A stretch of DNA of 64,000 nt from an uncultured Bacilli bacterium (GTDB taxonomy: Bacteria > Bacillota_I > Bacilli_A > RF39 > UBA660), in NCBI GenBank assembly GCA_944358255.1, contig CALVQQ010000001.1, positions 3,295-67,294 on the forward strand, in the 5' to 3' direction. Position numbers and translations under genes: made by a program. Below are positions 21,628-32,403 of this stretch, piece by piece; the stretch's first letter is position 1, and the number at the start of each line of letters is the position of its first letter. The notes under the pieces were generated by a model. It had not been told where the DNA came from, made no database searches, and saw nothing but the letters and a program-made list of their open reading frames with translations.

Positions 21628-21761
21628 TTACGCACCTTCTATTCTAATAGTATTTTATCATATATCCGTGTTTTAAAAAAGTCATAATTTGTAATAATTG
21701 TTATTTAATATATATGAATATTTTTCATTTTTTTGACCTATTATATTCTTAGGTGATTGAT

Positions 21762-22349
21762 TTGAATATTATTCCTACGGTTATTGAAAAGAGTAGTACT
21801 GGTGAAAAAGCATATGATTTGTATTCTAGACTTTTACAAGATAATATTATTTTATTGGATGGTGAAATTACTGATGATAAAGCCAATATTGTAATTGGTG
21901 AACTTTTGTATTTGAATAGTCAAAATTGTGATGATATTTATATGTATATTAATAGTCCTGGTGGTAGTGTTACTGCAGGGATGGCTATTTATGATACCAT
22001 GAATTTTATTGATAATGATGTGTGTACTATTTGTGTCGGTATGTGTGCTTCTATGGCTGCTTTTTTGCTTTCAAGTGGGGCAAAGGGTAAAAGATATGCA
22101 CTTCAAAATAGTGAGGTTATGATTCACCAACCTATAGGTGGAGCTCAAGGTCAAGCTACTGAAATTCAAATTGCTGCGGAACGTATTTTGAAATTAAAAG
22201 ATAAAATGAATAGGTTGCTTAGTAATAATACTAGACAAAGTTTATCTAAAATTAAAAGGGATACTGAAAGGGATTATTTTATGGACGCGGATGAAGCTTT
22301 GAATTATGGTATTGTTGATGAAATTTTGTCAAAGAAAAATAGTGATTAA
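21762..22349 (+). CDS. clpP: ATP-dependent Clp protease proteolytic subunit
   Basis: (M)[29 protein letters not shown]… TTG start at 21762 with SD AGGTGA 5 nt upstream; the track ORF begins at an upstream GTG. Catalytic Ser/His context is present. Confidence 0.9.
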   Translation: MNIIPTVIEKSSTGEKAYDLYSRLLQDNIILLDGEITDDKANIVIGELLYLNSQNCDDIYMYINSPGGSVTAGMAIYDTMNFIDNDVCTICVGMCASMAAFLLSSGAKGKRYALQNSEVMIHQPIGGAQGQATEIQIAAERILKLKDKMNRLLSNNTRQSLSKIKRDTERDYFMDADEALNYGIVDEILSKKNSD

Positions 22350-23266
22350 TCTTTGTTCACTATTTCGCTTATTTTTCTAAATCTGTGATTTATTCCACTT
22401 TTTGTTATTGGTTTTCCTGTTTCACTGCTTATTATTTCTGCTAGTTCTTGCATAGAACTTTCTGGATATTTTTCTTTGTATATGCATACGTCTTTTATTC
22501 TTTCGTCTAGTAAATCAAAATCAACTTTTTCTTTTAATTTTCTTATGTTTTCTAGTTGTATGTTTGATGTGTTTATTATTTTTTCTATGTTTGCTTGTTC
22601 GCAGTTGTTTAATCTATTTGTCATGTTTTTGTGGTCTCTATAAATTCGTATGTCCTCAAAATAGAATAGGGAGTTTGTTGCATTTAGTAATTTTATAAAA
22701 TCACTTATGCTTTCCGCTTCTTTTATATAGACCATATAATGTTTTTCTCTTTTCAATATTCTACTATTGTAGTTTAATGATTTTAATAGTTCGGCAATAT
22801 ACTGTGCTGTTTTTTTGTCGTGTATTATAAATTCTGCATGGTATCTTGATGTTTTTGGATCATTTATGCTACCACATATCATAAAGGCACCTCTAAGGTA
22901 TGCTTTTTTTTCTTCGTCTGTATCTATTATATAGTTTTGTGGTTTGTGTAATCTTTTGCCATTTTCATCTATTATGCTTAAATCTTTTAATATAAAATCT
23001 TTTTTCTCATTAATTGATATTTCTATTAAATATTTTTTGCCTAATCTATTGATTATTGTTTTTGTCATTGAGGGCGTTATTCCATATATGTCTTTTATTA
23101 ATGTATATATTCTTCTTGATACACCTATGTTTTCTGTATAAACTTTTATATCTTTTTTTCCTATTTCTGCTTCAATATTAAGAATGGCCGATAGTTCGGC
23201 CATGTTTTCTTCTAGTGTGTAATAGTTATTAATTATTTCATTTTTTATATTTGTTGTGTATGACAT
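22346..23266 (-). CDS. whiA: DNA-binding sporulation/cell-division regulator WhiA
   Basis: [18 protein letters not shown]… with LAGLIDADG-like and C-terminal HTH domains. Start placed at the ATG at 23264-23266, which directly follows the stop of the upstream gene. Confidence 0.8.
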   Translation of the reverse strand: MSYTTNIKNEIINNYYTLEENMAELSAILNIEAEIGKKDIKVYTENIGVSRRIYTLIKDIYGITPSMTKTIINRLGKKYLIEISINEKKDFILKDLSIIDENGKRLHKPQNYIIDTDEEKKAYLRGAFMICGSINDPKTSRYHAEFIIHDKKTAQYIAELLKSLNYNSRILKREKHYMVYIKEAESISDFIKLLNATNSLFYFEDIRIYRDHKNMTNRLNNCEQANIEKIINTSNIQLENIRKLKEKVDFDLLDERIKDVCIYKEKYPESSMQELAEIISSETGKPITKSGINHRFRKISEIVNKD

Positions 23267-23267
23267 T

Positions 23268-24416
23268 CTACCACCTACTTGGGAAATATAAGTAATTTCT
23301 AGGATTTTGTGGTTGTATGTTAGTCCATCCTGTGTTAATTTCAAAGTGTAGGTGTGCCCCTGTTGTACATGCGTCATATCCGCCTTGTCTTTTGCCGGTC
23401 CATCCTCCACCACTATATCCAATTATTGTGTTTATTGTTACTGTGTCCCCTGTTGAAACTTCTATTGATGATAAGTGTAAGTATCTAGTTGTGTATTCTT
23501 TTCCATCTATTAGGTGTTTAACATATACTATATTTCCACCACAACTTGCTTTTCTAACTATTGTTCCTACTGTTCCAGATGCAGCGGCATATACTGGGTT
23601 CCAGTCTGCTAATGCTATATCTATTCCTTTATGGTATACATACCCTGCTCCTGTTAATGGGTCTACTCTATAACCGAATTCGCTTGTTACGATACCTGTT
23701 TTTACTGGAAGATAAAACCCTGAAGCATATGGTACGCCTAAACATACAGTTATGTCTTCATCCATGTCACAACCAGCATTTCTAAGATATTCTATTTCTT
23801 CTTCTAGTCCTTTTACTTGTGCTTCTTTATCTGTATACATGTCTGATAAATCTTCTATTTCCACATTTATTTGCGCAAGTAATTTGTTTTGTTCAGCTAT
23901 TGCTTTTTCTTCGTTTTTTGTCTCTATTTCTAGTTGTTTTTGTTCTTCTTCTAGTTTGACAATTAATTCGTTCATTTCTACTATTAATTCGTCGTTATGG
24001 TTACTTAGTTGCTCCACTATTGCTGTTCTAAATATGAAATCTGTGAAGTCTGTCGCACCAAATACGTATTCTAAATATACGTTTTCTCCATTTGTAATTT
24101 GCAAAAATGACAATAGTTCTTTTATTTCTTGTTCTTTTTCTTCTATTGTTTTTTGTGTTTCTTCAATTTCTTTTTTTGCTTCTTGTATTCTTAAACTGTA
24201 TTTTTCTATATTAGCATATTTTTCTGCTATTTCTTGTTCTTTTTCTTTTGCTCTTGCTTGTGCTTCTGCTCTTTCTTCATCGTAGTTTTCTAGTTCTTTT
24301 ATCATGTCTTCTACTTCTGTTATGTAATCTCTTAGTGTTTTTGCTTTAACATTTACTGTTGGAATTAGTAAGGTGAGTATTACGGTAATTATAACGAAAC
24401 TTATTTTTTTTCTCAT
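23268..24416 (-). CDS. M23 (LytM) peptidase with N-terminal signal anchor and long coiled-coil, EnvC/FtsX-partner-like
   Basis: Coiled-coil-rich N-terminal two thirds. C-terminal M23 motifs HKGIDIA… and …GAHLHFEI. Located immediately downstream of ftsE-ftsX. Confidence 0.75.
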   Translation of the reverse strand: MRKKISFVIITVILTLLIPTVNVKAKTLRDYITEVEDMIKELENYDEERAEAQARAKEKEQEIAEKYANIEKYSLRIQEAKKEIEETQKTIEEKEQEIKELLSFLQITNGENVYLEYVFGATDFTDFIFRTAIVEQLSNHNDELIVEMNELIVKLEEEQKQLEIETKNEEKAIAEQNKLLAQINVEIEDLSDMYTDKEAQVKGLEEEIEYLRNAGCDMDEDITVCLGVPYASGFYLPVKTGIVTSEFGYRVDPLTGAGYVYHKGIDIALADWNPVYAAASGTVGTIVRKASCGGNIVYVKHLIDGKEYTTRYLHLSSIEVSTGDTVTINTIIGYSGGGWTGKRQGGYDACTTGAHLHFEINTGWTNIQPQNPRNYLYFPSRW

Positions 24417-25342
24417 TATATTTTTAAATACCTCCTTACTGCTCGATAACTTCCTAATGCTCCTACAACTACACCTATTGTGATTACAAATATGATTATG
24501 TTAAATATGATTAAGTCTGGATTTACTAATTTGATTATTGGTGTGAATAATTGACCATTAAATCTTTCATATAAGTACATGTATCCATAGCAGCAAGCGA
24601 CTATTGGTATTATGCTTCCTAATGCTCCTAGTAGTAATCCTTCAAAGAAGAATGGGATTTTTATGAATGAGTTTGATGCACCAACTAGTCTCATTATTTC
24701 TATTTGTCTTTTTCTTGTTTGTATTGTTATTTTTATTGTGTTGCTTATTAAGAATGCTGTTACTAATACTAGTCCAATAACTACTATATATGTTATGTTT
24801 TTTACTACATCAAATACGTTAACTAGGTCTTCTACCATTCCTTCACCGTATTTTACTATGGAAACACCCTCGATATTTTCTATCTCTTCTGCAGTTTTTC
24901 CGATTGTTTCAATGTTTTCAACTTTTACTAAGTATGTGTCTTGTAATGGGTTTGTTTCTTCTGTGTATTGGTTAAGTATATTTTCTAAATCTGCGTTTTC
25001 TTCTTTCATTTCGTCTATTAATTGTTGTTTTGATTCAAACTCTATTGTAGCTATGTTATCTAAATTTGCTATTTTTGTCTTAATCTCATCTATTTGCTCT
25101 TGTGTCACTTCTTTATCTAAGAAAGCTACTATTGTTACATCTTTTTCTATATCACTTGTAAAACTGTTGACGTTATATGATAGGATAACTGATACTGCTA
25201 CTAGTATTAGTGTTATTGCAATACATGATATGCTTGCAATGCTTAATGAGGCATTTCTAAATACGCTTTTAAATGCTTCTTCTATTGAATGAAAAAATAT
25301 TCTAATCTTTTTCACTGAAGTATCCCCCCTTTTCTTTGTCAT
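24416..25342 (-). CDS. ftsX: cell division permease-like protein FtsX
   Basis: 308 aa, four-TM FtsX topology with a large extracellular loop. Adjacent to ftsE. Confidence 0.75.
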   Translation of the reverse strand: MTKKRGDTSVKKIRIFFHSIEEAFKSVFRNASLSIASISCIAITLILVAVSVILSYNVNSFTSDIEKDVTIVAFLDKEVTQEQIDEIKTKIANLDNIATIEFESKQQLIDEMKEENADLENILNQYTEETNPLQDTYLVKVENIETIGKTAEEIENIEGVSIVKYGEGMVEDLVNVFDVVKNITYIVVIGLVLVTAFLISNTIKITIQTRKRQIEIMRLVGASNSFIKIPFFFEGLLLGALGSIIPIVACCYGYMYLYERFNGQLFTPIIKLVNPDLIIFNIIIFVITIGVVVGALGSYRAVRRYLKI

Positions 25343-25997
25343 TTACAAGTATTCCTTTTTCTATTGTTATTACTCTTTTTCTATACTTGTTTACTATTTC
25401 TTTGTCGTGTGTTGCCATTATTACCGTTGTTCCTTCTTCATTGATTTTATTTATTATTTCCATTATTTCTAATGATGTTTTTGGATCCAAGTTTCCTGTT
25501 GGTTCATCACATATTAATATTTTTGGTTCGTTCACTATTGCTCTTGCTATTGAAACACGTTGTTGCTCACCACCAGATAGTTGATCTGGATAACTTTTGA
25601 ATTTTTCTTTTAGACCTACTTTTTCTAATGCTTTCATTACTTTTCGTCTTACTTCGTCCGATCTTAATCCATATATTTCTAACGCGAATGCAACGTTTTC
25701 ATATACTGTTAAATTAGGCAATAATTTGTAATCTTGGAATACTATTCCTAATTTTCTTCTTAATTTGTATACTTTTCTATTTTTTAATTTTGCTACGTTT
25801 ATTCCTCCTACAAAAACTCCGCCTTTGCTTGGTTTTTCTTGTCTATATAATAATTTTATAAGCGAACTTTTACCTGATGCTGTTTTACCTATTACAAATA
25901 CAAATTCTCCTTTGGCAATTTCAAGACTTACATCGCACAATGCTGTTACGCCGTTTGAATATTGTTTATATACGTTCTTTAACTCTATTAAATTCAT
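25302..25997 (-). CDS. ftsE: cell division ABC ATPase FtsE
   Basis: Walker A GKTASGKSS, ABC signature LSGGEQQR and Walker B ILICDEPT. Confidence 0.88.
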   Translation of the reverse strand: MNLIELKNVYKQYSNGVTALCDVSLEIAKGEFVFVIGKTASGKSSLIKLLYRQEKPSKGGVFVGGINVAKLKNRKVYKLRRKLGIVFQDYKLLPNLTVYENVAFALEIYGLRSDEVRRKVMKALEKVGLKEKFKSYPDQLSGGEQQRVSIARAIVNEPKILICDEPTGNLDPKTSLEIMEIINKINEEGTTVIMATHDKEIVNKYRKRVITIEKGILVNDKEKGGYFSEKD

Positions 25998-26021
25998 TTA
26001 AACCTCCACTTCAATTATACT

Positions 26022-26912
26022 TTATATCTTTTTGATTTTTATTGGTAATTTTTTCTTTTTTTTCGTACCTCCAAATACTTCATAGCAGTCACTGACTATT
26101 ATGAATACATATGGATCTATTTCTTTTATTTCTTCTTTTACTTTGTAGTAGTTATCAGTTCTTACAATGCACATTATTATGTCATGATTTTTGTTTGTAT
26201 ATCCACCTTTTCCATTTAGTAGTGTTATGCCACTTTCTACGCTTTTTAGTAAATATTTTTTCACTTCTTCTTCTTTTGTTGTGTTTATTAATAGCATTTT
26301 GCTATCTGATATACCCAATAGTATTTTATCAACAAATAGTGATTCGATGTATTTGATTATTATTGCGCTTATTAGTATTTCAAAACCAAATACGTATGTA
26401 CCAAAAATTATAATTATGCCATTTATGTATAACCCTGTTTGGCCTACTGGTTTTTTAAATTTTTCGTTAAAAATACTTACTAATACATCTGTTCCTCCAG
26501 AGGTAAAGTTTACTTTATATACTATTCCTGCACCTACTCCCATTGTTACTCCGGCACATAGTACGTAAAATACTGAACTATCAAAATTTAGTTTTATTAT
26601 TTCACTTATATTTCCTGTTAAATATACTGCTGCTGTAAATGTTATGGCTCCTACAATATTGTATATTGATTTTTTTGGGCCTAATATAGCTATGCTAAGT
26701 ACAATTAAAAATATGTTTCCAATCAATATGAATACGTTTGGACTTATTGGCGTAATTTCACCAAAGATTATTGATAAACCTGTTACTCCTCCTGTTACAT
26801 AGTTGTTCGGTACATAAAATAAATTGTAAGAAATGGCCATTATAGTTAAGCCTATAATGCATATAAAGTATCTATATAAAAAATCGCTCATTTTTTTGCG
26901 TATAGTTTTCAT
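26022..26912 (-). CDS. YitT-family membrane protein (DUF161/DUF2179)
   Basis: Polytopic N-terminus plus C-terminal DUF2179-like soluble domain. Confidence 0.55.
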   Translation of the reverse strand: MKTIRKKMSDFLYRYFICIIGLTIMAISYNLFYVPNNYVTGGVTGLSIIFGEITPISPNVFILIGNIFLIVLSIAILGPKKSIYNIVGAITFTAAVYLTGNISEIIKLNFDSSVFYVLCAGVTMGVGAGIVYKVNFTSGGTDVLVSIFNEKFKKPVGQTGLYINGIIIIFGTYVFGFEILISAIIIKYIESLFVDKILLGISDSKMLLINTTKEEEVKKYLLKSVESGITLLNGKGGYTNKNHDIIMCIVRTDNYYKVKEEIKEIDPYVFIIVSDCYEVFGGTKKKKKLPIKIKKI

Positions 26913-27040
26913 ATTTTCTTTACCTTTCCTTTAGTATTATAACATGTGAAGTTAATTTTGTAAAATGGACACTTAAGTGAATAACTTAAGTTTGACACTA
27001 ACTTTTTTAAAAAGTATACTTATATATTATAGAGGTATGT

Positions 27041-28270
27041 ATGAAGAATATTTTTTTGAAAACGTTTTTGATTTTATTTTTGTTTATTCCATTCTTGATT
27101 AGTGCTCTTGAAAACCCAACTTTGCATTCTAAATATTATGGTGTTTATGATTTAACTGATGATAAAATGCTTTTTTCTTTAAATAGTGATGTTAAAACTG
27201 AAATTGCATCTTTGACTAAAATTATGACGGTTTTGGTTGCAATTGAAAATGTTAGTGATTTAGATGATACTGTGACAATTACAAATAGTATTTTAAATAC
27301 TGTAAGTTGGGATGCGTCTGTAGCTGGTTTGGAAGTTGGTGATGTTGTTACTTATAGGGATTTACTTTATGCGACTATGCTTCCATCAGGAGCAGATGCG
27401 GCAAATGCTTTGGCAATTTCAATCGCTGGGTCTATAGATGGTTATGTTGAATTGATGAATGCTAAAGCCAAAAGTTTAGGTCTTAATAGTACTCATTATG
27501 AAAATGTAACGGGGCTTGATGAAGATAATCATTATAGTAGTGTTGATGACGTTATTAAATTGTTGAAATATTCTTTGAATAATGAGATTTTTAAAGAAAT
27601 TTATACTACTAGGAATTATACTTTAACTAATGGTTTGAAAGTTAGTGCTTCAGTTAATTTTTATAATAAGATTATGGATTTGGATACTTCTCTTATTTTG
27701 GGAAGTAAAACTGGTTTTACTGATGATGCTGGTTATTGTATTAGTATTTATTTTAAATCTGATGATCATGATTTAATTGCAGTTACTCTTAATGCTACAA
27801 GAGTTAATGATAATTATTATAATGTTAAGGATGCTGTTGATATTGTAGACTTTGTTAATGATAATTTTGGTTATCAGACTGTTTTAAATAAGAATGAAGC
27901 GGTTACTTCAATTCCTGTTTATTATAGTAATATTGATGAGTATGATGTTGTTACTAAAGATGCTGTTAAAGTTTTTTTGCCTGATGATTACGATGAAAAA
28001 TTAGTTTCTTTTAAATATAATGGATTAAATGAACTTAGTTATAAAAATAGTATTGATGAGAAATTGGGTACTGTGGATGTTTATTATGATGATGTTCTTT
28101 TAACTACCGTTGATGTGTTTTTGTTAAGTGAAATTAATGCAAATTATTTTAAAATTATATGGGCATATAAATGGTATATTATATTAGTTATTGTGGTTTT
28201 ATATATTATATTTAGTATTAATAAAAAATCAAAAAAAAGAAAAAAAGTTCGTAGAACTTTTAGTCGTTAA
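27041..28270 (+). CDS. dacA: D-alanyl-D-alanine carboxypeptidase (S11, PBP5-like) with C-terminal membrane anchor
   Basis: Signal peptide; SxxK (ASLTK) and KTG (SKTGFT) motifs; C-terminal TM plus basic tail. Confidence 0.8.
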   Translation: MKNIFLKTFLILFLFIPFLISALENPTLHSKYYGVYDLTDDKMLFSLNSDVKTEIASLTKIMTVLVAIENVSDLDDTVTITNSILNTVSWDASVAGLEVGDVVTYRDLLYATMLPSGADAANALAISIAGSIDGYVELMNAKAKSLGLNSTHYENVTGLDEDNHYSSVDDVIKLLKYSLNNEIFKEIYTTRNYTLTNGLKVSASVNFYNKIMDLDTSLILGSKTGFTDDAGYCISIYFKSDDHDLIAVTLNATRVNDNYYNVKDAVDIVDFVNDNFGYQTVLNKNEAVTSIPVYYSNIDEYDVVTKDAVKVFLPDDYDEKLVSFKYNGLNELSYKNSIDEKLGTVDVYYDDVLLTTVDVFLLSEINANYFKIIWAYKWYIILVIVVLYIIFSINKKSKKRKKVRRTFSR

Positions 28271-29744
28271 TGAATAGATCATTTGATTTGAATTCTGGAT
28301 CGCATGTGTAATTTATTTTTAGTTGCTTTAGTGGTTTTGCATCTCCATTTGTTAATATGTAAGTTGCATGTGCTTCACAGTTGTTTAGTTTATTTAAATT
28401 TTCTAACATTTTAGCTATTATTGGATTTGTCGCTGCGTTTATTGAAAGTGCTAATAATATTTCTTGTAAGTTTAAGACTTCGTTTTTGTGAAACAAGTCT
28501 TTTTTAATTTTTAACATTGGTTCGATTACTAGTGGAGATATAATGTATACATCTTCATCTAAGTTTGTGATGTATTTAAGGGCGTTTATTAATGTGCTCG
28601 CCGGTGCACTCATGATGTCTGTTGTACGTCCTGTTATGATTGTACCATCTTCTAATTCTATTGCCATTGCATGTGACTTTTTTTCCTCTTGTTTTTTGTG
28701 AGCATATTTTACTACTTTTCTTTTGTTAACATCTATGTTGAGTTCATTCATTAGTATTTTTATTCTTTCTGTGACTTCAATGGGTTGTTCCCCCATTTTG
28801 TACGAAACTAGACTTTTATAATATCTTCTAATTATTTCATCAATACAAGCATTTATTATTACTTTTTCATTTGTTATTGCAAAACCTATCATATTAATGC
28901 CCATGTCTGTAGGGCTATAGTAAATTTCTTCTTTTGTTATTTCTTTTAAAATTTTTCTTAAAATTGGAAATGTCTCTATGTCTCTGTTGTAGTTAACTGT
29001 TGTTTCACTATAATGTTCTAGATGAAATGGGTCTATCATGTTTACATCTTTTAAGTCTGCTGTTGCTACTTCATATGCAATATTAACTGGGTGTTTTAAT
29101 GGTAAATTCCAAACTGGGAATGTTTCAAATTTGGCGTACCCTGCTTTATTTTTTCTTTTGTATTCGTGATAGAGTTGTGATAAACATGTCGCTAGTTTTC
29201 CACTTCCTGGTCCTGGTGCTGTTACTACTACGAGTGGTCTTTCGGTAATTATGTATTCATTTTTTCCATAGCCATTTTCGCTGACAACTTTTTCTATATC
29301 TGCTGGATATCCTTCTGTGTAACTATGCATATATACTTTTATTCCGTTAAGTTCTAATTTGTTTTTTAGGTTGATGGCTGAACTTTCATTTTCAAATAGT
29401 GTTATTACAACAGAATTTACTTTTAATTCATTTTTTCTTATGTTGTCAATTAATCTCATTACATCTTTGTCATACGTTATATCATAATCTGCTCTTACTT
29501 TTCTTTTTTCTATATCTTTTGCACTTATACAAACAATTACTTCTGTTTTATCTTTTAATTCTTTTAATATTTCTATTTTACTATTGTATTTAAACCCTGG
29601 GAGAATTCTTGCAGCATGAAAGTCATCAAATAATTTTCCACCTATCTCCAGATATAGCTTGTTACTAAATTTTTTTAGTCTTTTGTTTATTTCTTCTTTT
29701 GTTAGTTCTCTATATTTTTTATCATCAAATCCTATTTTTTTCAT
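28260..29744 (-). CDS. DUF1846/UPF0371-family protein
   Basis: About 495 aa soluble protein with the length and composition of UPF0371 proteins. ATG at 29742-29744 with SD AAAGAGGTG overlaps the prfB stop by 1 nt (TAATG). Confidence 0.5.
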   Translation of the reverse strand: MKKIGFDDKKYRELTKEEINKRLKKFSNKLYLEIGGKLFDDFHAARILPGFKYNSKIEILKELKDKTEVIVCISAKDIEKRKVRADYDITYDKDVMRLIDNIRKNELKVNSVVITLFENESSAINLKNKLELNGIKVYMHSYTEGYPADIEKVVSENGYGKNEYIITERPLVVVTAPGPGSGKLATCLSQLYHEYKRKNKAGYAKFETFPVWNLPLKHPVNIAYEVATADLKDVNMIDPFHLEHYSETTVNYNRDIETFPILRKILKEITKEEIYYSPTDMGINMIGFAITNEKVIINACIDEIIRRYYKSLVSYKMGEQPIEVTERIKILMNELNIDVNKRKVVKYAHKKQEEKKSHAMAIELEDGTIITGRTTDIMSAPASTLINALKYITNLDEDVYIISPLVIEPMLKIKKDLFHKNEVLNLQEILLALSINAATNPIIAKMLENLNKLNNCEAHATYILTNGDAKPLKQLKINYTCDPEFKSNDLFIND

Positions 29745-30821
29745 TAACACCTCTTTAAATAACTTTCTATAAATATATCTATATCTCCATCTAATACTTT
29801 TTCTACATTAGATGTTTCTGTATTTGTTCTTAAATCTTTCACTAGTGAATAAGGGTGCATTACGTAGTTTCTTATTTGGCTTCCAAAATTGACATCCATT
29901 ACTGACCCTTTTAAATTGCTTAGTTGTTTATCGACTTTTTCTCTTTCTATTATATATAGTTTTTGTTTTAGTATGTCTATTGCTTTTTCTTTATTTTGAA
30001 TTTGACTTCTTTCATTTTGACAGGTCACTACAATACCAGTTGGTAAATGTGTTATTCTTACTGCTGAGTCTGTGGTATTAACGCTTTGTCCTCCAGCTCC
30101 GCTACTTCTGTAGACGTCTATTTTTAAGTCTTTTTCTTGTATGTTTATTTCTATATTTGTGTTTATTTCTGGTGTTACTAGAACTGAAGCAAATGATGTA
30201 TGCCTTCTTTTGTTTGAGTCAAATGGACTTATTCTAACTAATCTGTGAACTCCTGTTTCACTTTTTAAATATCCATAGGCGTTTTGTCCTTTTATTTTGA
30301 ATGTTACTCCTTTAATTCCTACTTCTTCTCCTGGTTGTTCGCTTATTATCTCGTATTTATAGCCTTTTTTTTCAAAATATCTAATATACATTCTTTTTAC
30401 CATGTTAGCCCAATCGTTGGACTCTGTTCCGCCTGCGCCTGAATGTATTTCCATATAAGCATTGTTGTGATCAAATTCACCATTTAATAATACTTCTATT
30501 TCAAACTTTTCTATTTTTGTTTTTATTTCTTTAATATTTTGTTTTAAGTCTTTTAACATATCCTCATCTAAGTCTATTTCGGTAAACTCAATCATGTTAT
30601 TTATTTCTTCTTTTAATTTTGTTACTTCTTCAATAGATTTTTTTATATTGCTAATTTCACTCATTATATCTTGTGAATCTGGTCTAGTCCAAAATTCTGG
30701 TGTTTCTGATTCTTTTTGTAAACTTTGTAATTTTGCTCTTTGACCATCTACGTCAAAGTGACCTCCATATTGTTTCTATTTCTTTGTTTAATTTTAATAA
30801 TTCATTTTTTGCTTCTTCCAT
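29744..30821 (-). CDS. prfB: peptide chain release factor 2, expressed via programmed +1 ribosomal frameshift
   Basis: Frame 0: ATG at 30819-30821 gives MEEAKNELLKLNKEIETIWRSL then UGA. Shift site GGAGG-TCA-CTT-TGA-C at 30752-30765. The +1 frame continues …DVDGQRAKLQSLQKESETPEFWTRPDSQDIMSEISN… through GGQ-containing RF2 (SPFDSNKRRHTSFASV…GAGGQ). Confidence 0.9.
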
Positions 30822-30822
30822 A

Positions 30823-31395
30823 TTATTCTCCTTTGATTATATCGACTATGTCTCCATTGTTTAATAAAAATGCATTTCCTTCGTCAGTGTCTAAGTGCAA
30901 TTCAAATGTGTATGTGTCTTTAGCTTTTATTTTTACATTGTTTATAATTCCACCTTTTATCCCATCGATTTTTATTCTTACGACTTCACCGTTTTGTAAT
31001 CCATATTGTTCTAGTTCGTTAGTGTTTATGTGTATATGTCTTTCAGCAATTATTGTGCTTTCTTTTGCAATGACGCTTCCTTCTGGCCCGATTATTTCTA
31101 CTGTTTCTGCATCTTTTAAATTACCACTTTCTCTAACTGGTGGGTTTATCCCTAATTTGTAAGCATCTGTTCTGCTAATTTCTACTTGTGTATAATTTCT
31201 GACTGGGCCTAAAACTCTTACGTTATCTATTGTCGCTTTGTCTGTTTTTATGCTTACTGTTTCGACTGATGCGTATTCTCCGATTTGGCTCAATGGTTTT
31301 TTGATAGTTAATGCGTAATCCTTGCCAAATAAACTTATTAAATCTTCTTCTTTTAAATGTACGTGTCTATTACTTATTCCAACTTTTATTTTCAT
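30823..31395 (-). CDS. pduL: PduL/EutD-type phosphate acyltransferase (phosphotransacetylase-like)
   Basis: 190 aa with two PduL repeats (ISNRHVHLKEEDL…, …ERHIHINTNELE…). Its stop TAA is 1 nt from the prfB ATG. Confidence 0.65.
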   Translation of the reverse strand: MKIKVGISNRHVHLKEEDLISLFGKDYALTIKKPLSQIGEYASVETVSIKTDKATIDNVRVLGPVRNYTQVEISRTDAYKLGINPPVRESGNLKDAETVEIIGPEGSVIAKESTIIAERHIHINTNELEQYGLQNGEVVRIKIDGIKGGIINNVKIKAKDTYTFELHLDTDEGNAFLLNNGDIVDIIKGE

Positions 31396-31479
31396 GTTAT
31401 CACCTATTAAATATTATAACATTAAGAAAACATATTTTTAAAGATTAAGCATATATTTTTTTAGAAAAGGAGTGATTTT

Positions 31480-31806
31480 ATGAACGGAAGTTATTATAAA
31501 AATGCTATGTATAATGCAGATTTTGACCATATTAGGCCTGCTGATAATTTTGGTGGTGATGATTTGCCTATGGAACAAAGTTATATTGAAAATATTTTAA
31601 GACTTAATAAAGGAAAAAAAGTTAATGTTTATATGTCATATAGTGATTCTGTAGAATGGCGTGATAAAATGTACACTGGTATTATCGAACAAGCGGGACG
31701 TGATCATTTGATTATTAGTGATCCATCTACTGGTAAATGGTATTTGCTTTTGATGATTTATTTGGATTATATAGAGTTTAATGAAAAAATAAATTATAAA
31801 TTATAA
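31480..31806 (+). CDS. spore coat protein GerQ-like
   Basis: 108 aa; C-terminal GIIEQAGRDHLIISDPSTGKWYLLLMIYLDYIEF resembles the GerQ (YwdL) family. Good SD AAAGGAG. Confidence 0.45.
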   Translation: MNGSYYKNAMYNADFDHIRPADNFGGDDLPMEQSYIENILRLNKGKKVNVYMSYSDSVEWRDKMYTGIIEQAGRDHLIISDPSTGKWYLLLMIYLDYIEFNEKINYKL

Positions 31807-31857
31807 GCTGTATTTTTAATTAGTTTTATGATAGAATAACAATATAAGGAGTAAGGT

Positions 31858-32403
31858 ATGTATATATTGGAAGTTTTATTAGTTTTGGCAATAGTTACTT
31901 TAGTTTTGTGTATTATAGCTATGTTTATTGTTATTAATTATAATTCTATAATCGAAGTTTTATATAAGGTTAATGTAAGTGAAAAGAAAATTACTGAGAC
32001 TTTAAAGACTAAACAGGATTTGTTAAGTCGTGCGATTAATATTATTGAGAAACAGTTAAAAATTGATACAAAAGTTTTTGACGAATTTAAGAAGATTAAT
32101 AGCAATAATTTGAAGAATAATGAAAAGGATTTGATTTTAAGTAATACTTTTAATGAAGTTAAAAAGATAACTGAAGATTATAGTGAACTTAATGAAGTTA
32201 AAAGTTATGAGGGAATTATTAATGATATAGAGGAATGTGATTGTTTGTTAGGTGGAATTAAAACTATGAATAATAAATATGTTGCAATTTACAATAAGTA
32301 TTTAAAATCGTTCCCTAAAAATATTATTTCAAAGTTTAAAAGGTTTAAATCTAAAAGTTTGTATGATATAACAATTAAAAAAGAAGCAGAGGTTATAATC
32401 TAA
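31858..32403 (+). CDS. LemA-family-like membrane protein
   Basis: N-terminal TM helix followed by a roughly 150 aa helical domain; weak similarity to LemA. Confidence 0.4.
   Translation: MYILEVLLVLAIVTLVLCIIAMFIVINYNSIIEVLYKVNVSEKKITETLKTKQDLLSRAINIIEKQLKIDTKVFDEFKKINSNNLKNNEKDLILSNTFNEVKKITEDYSELNEVKSYEGIINDIEECDCLLGGIKTMNNKYVAIYNKYLKSFPKNIISKFKRFKSKSLYDITIKKEAEVII

Noticed and set aside
21731-21745. Possible CtsR operator upstream of clpP (GGTCAAA on the minus strand)
   Set aside because: Only a single heptad is present. The tandem GGTCAAA-NAN-GGTCAAA arrangement needed for a CtsR box is not there.
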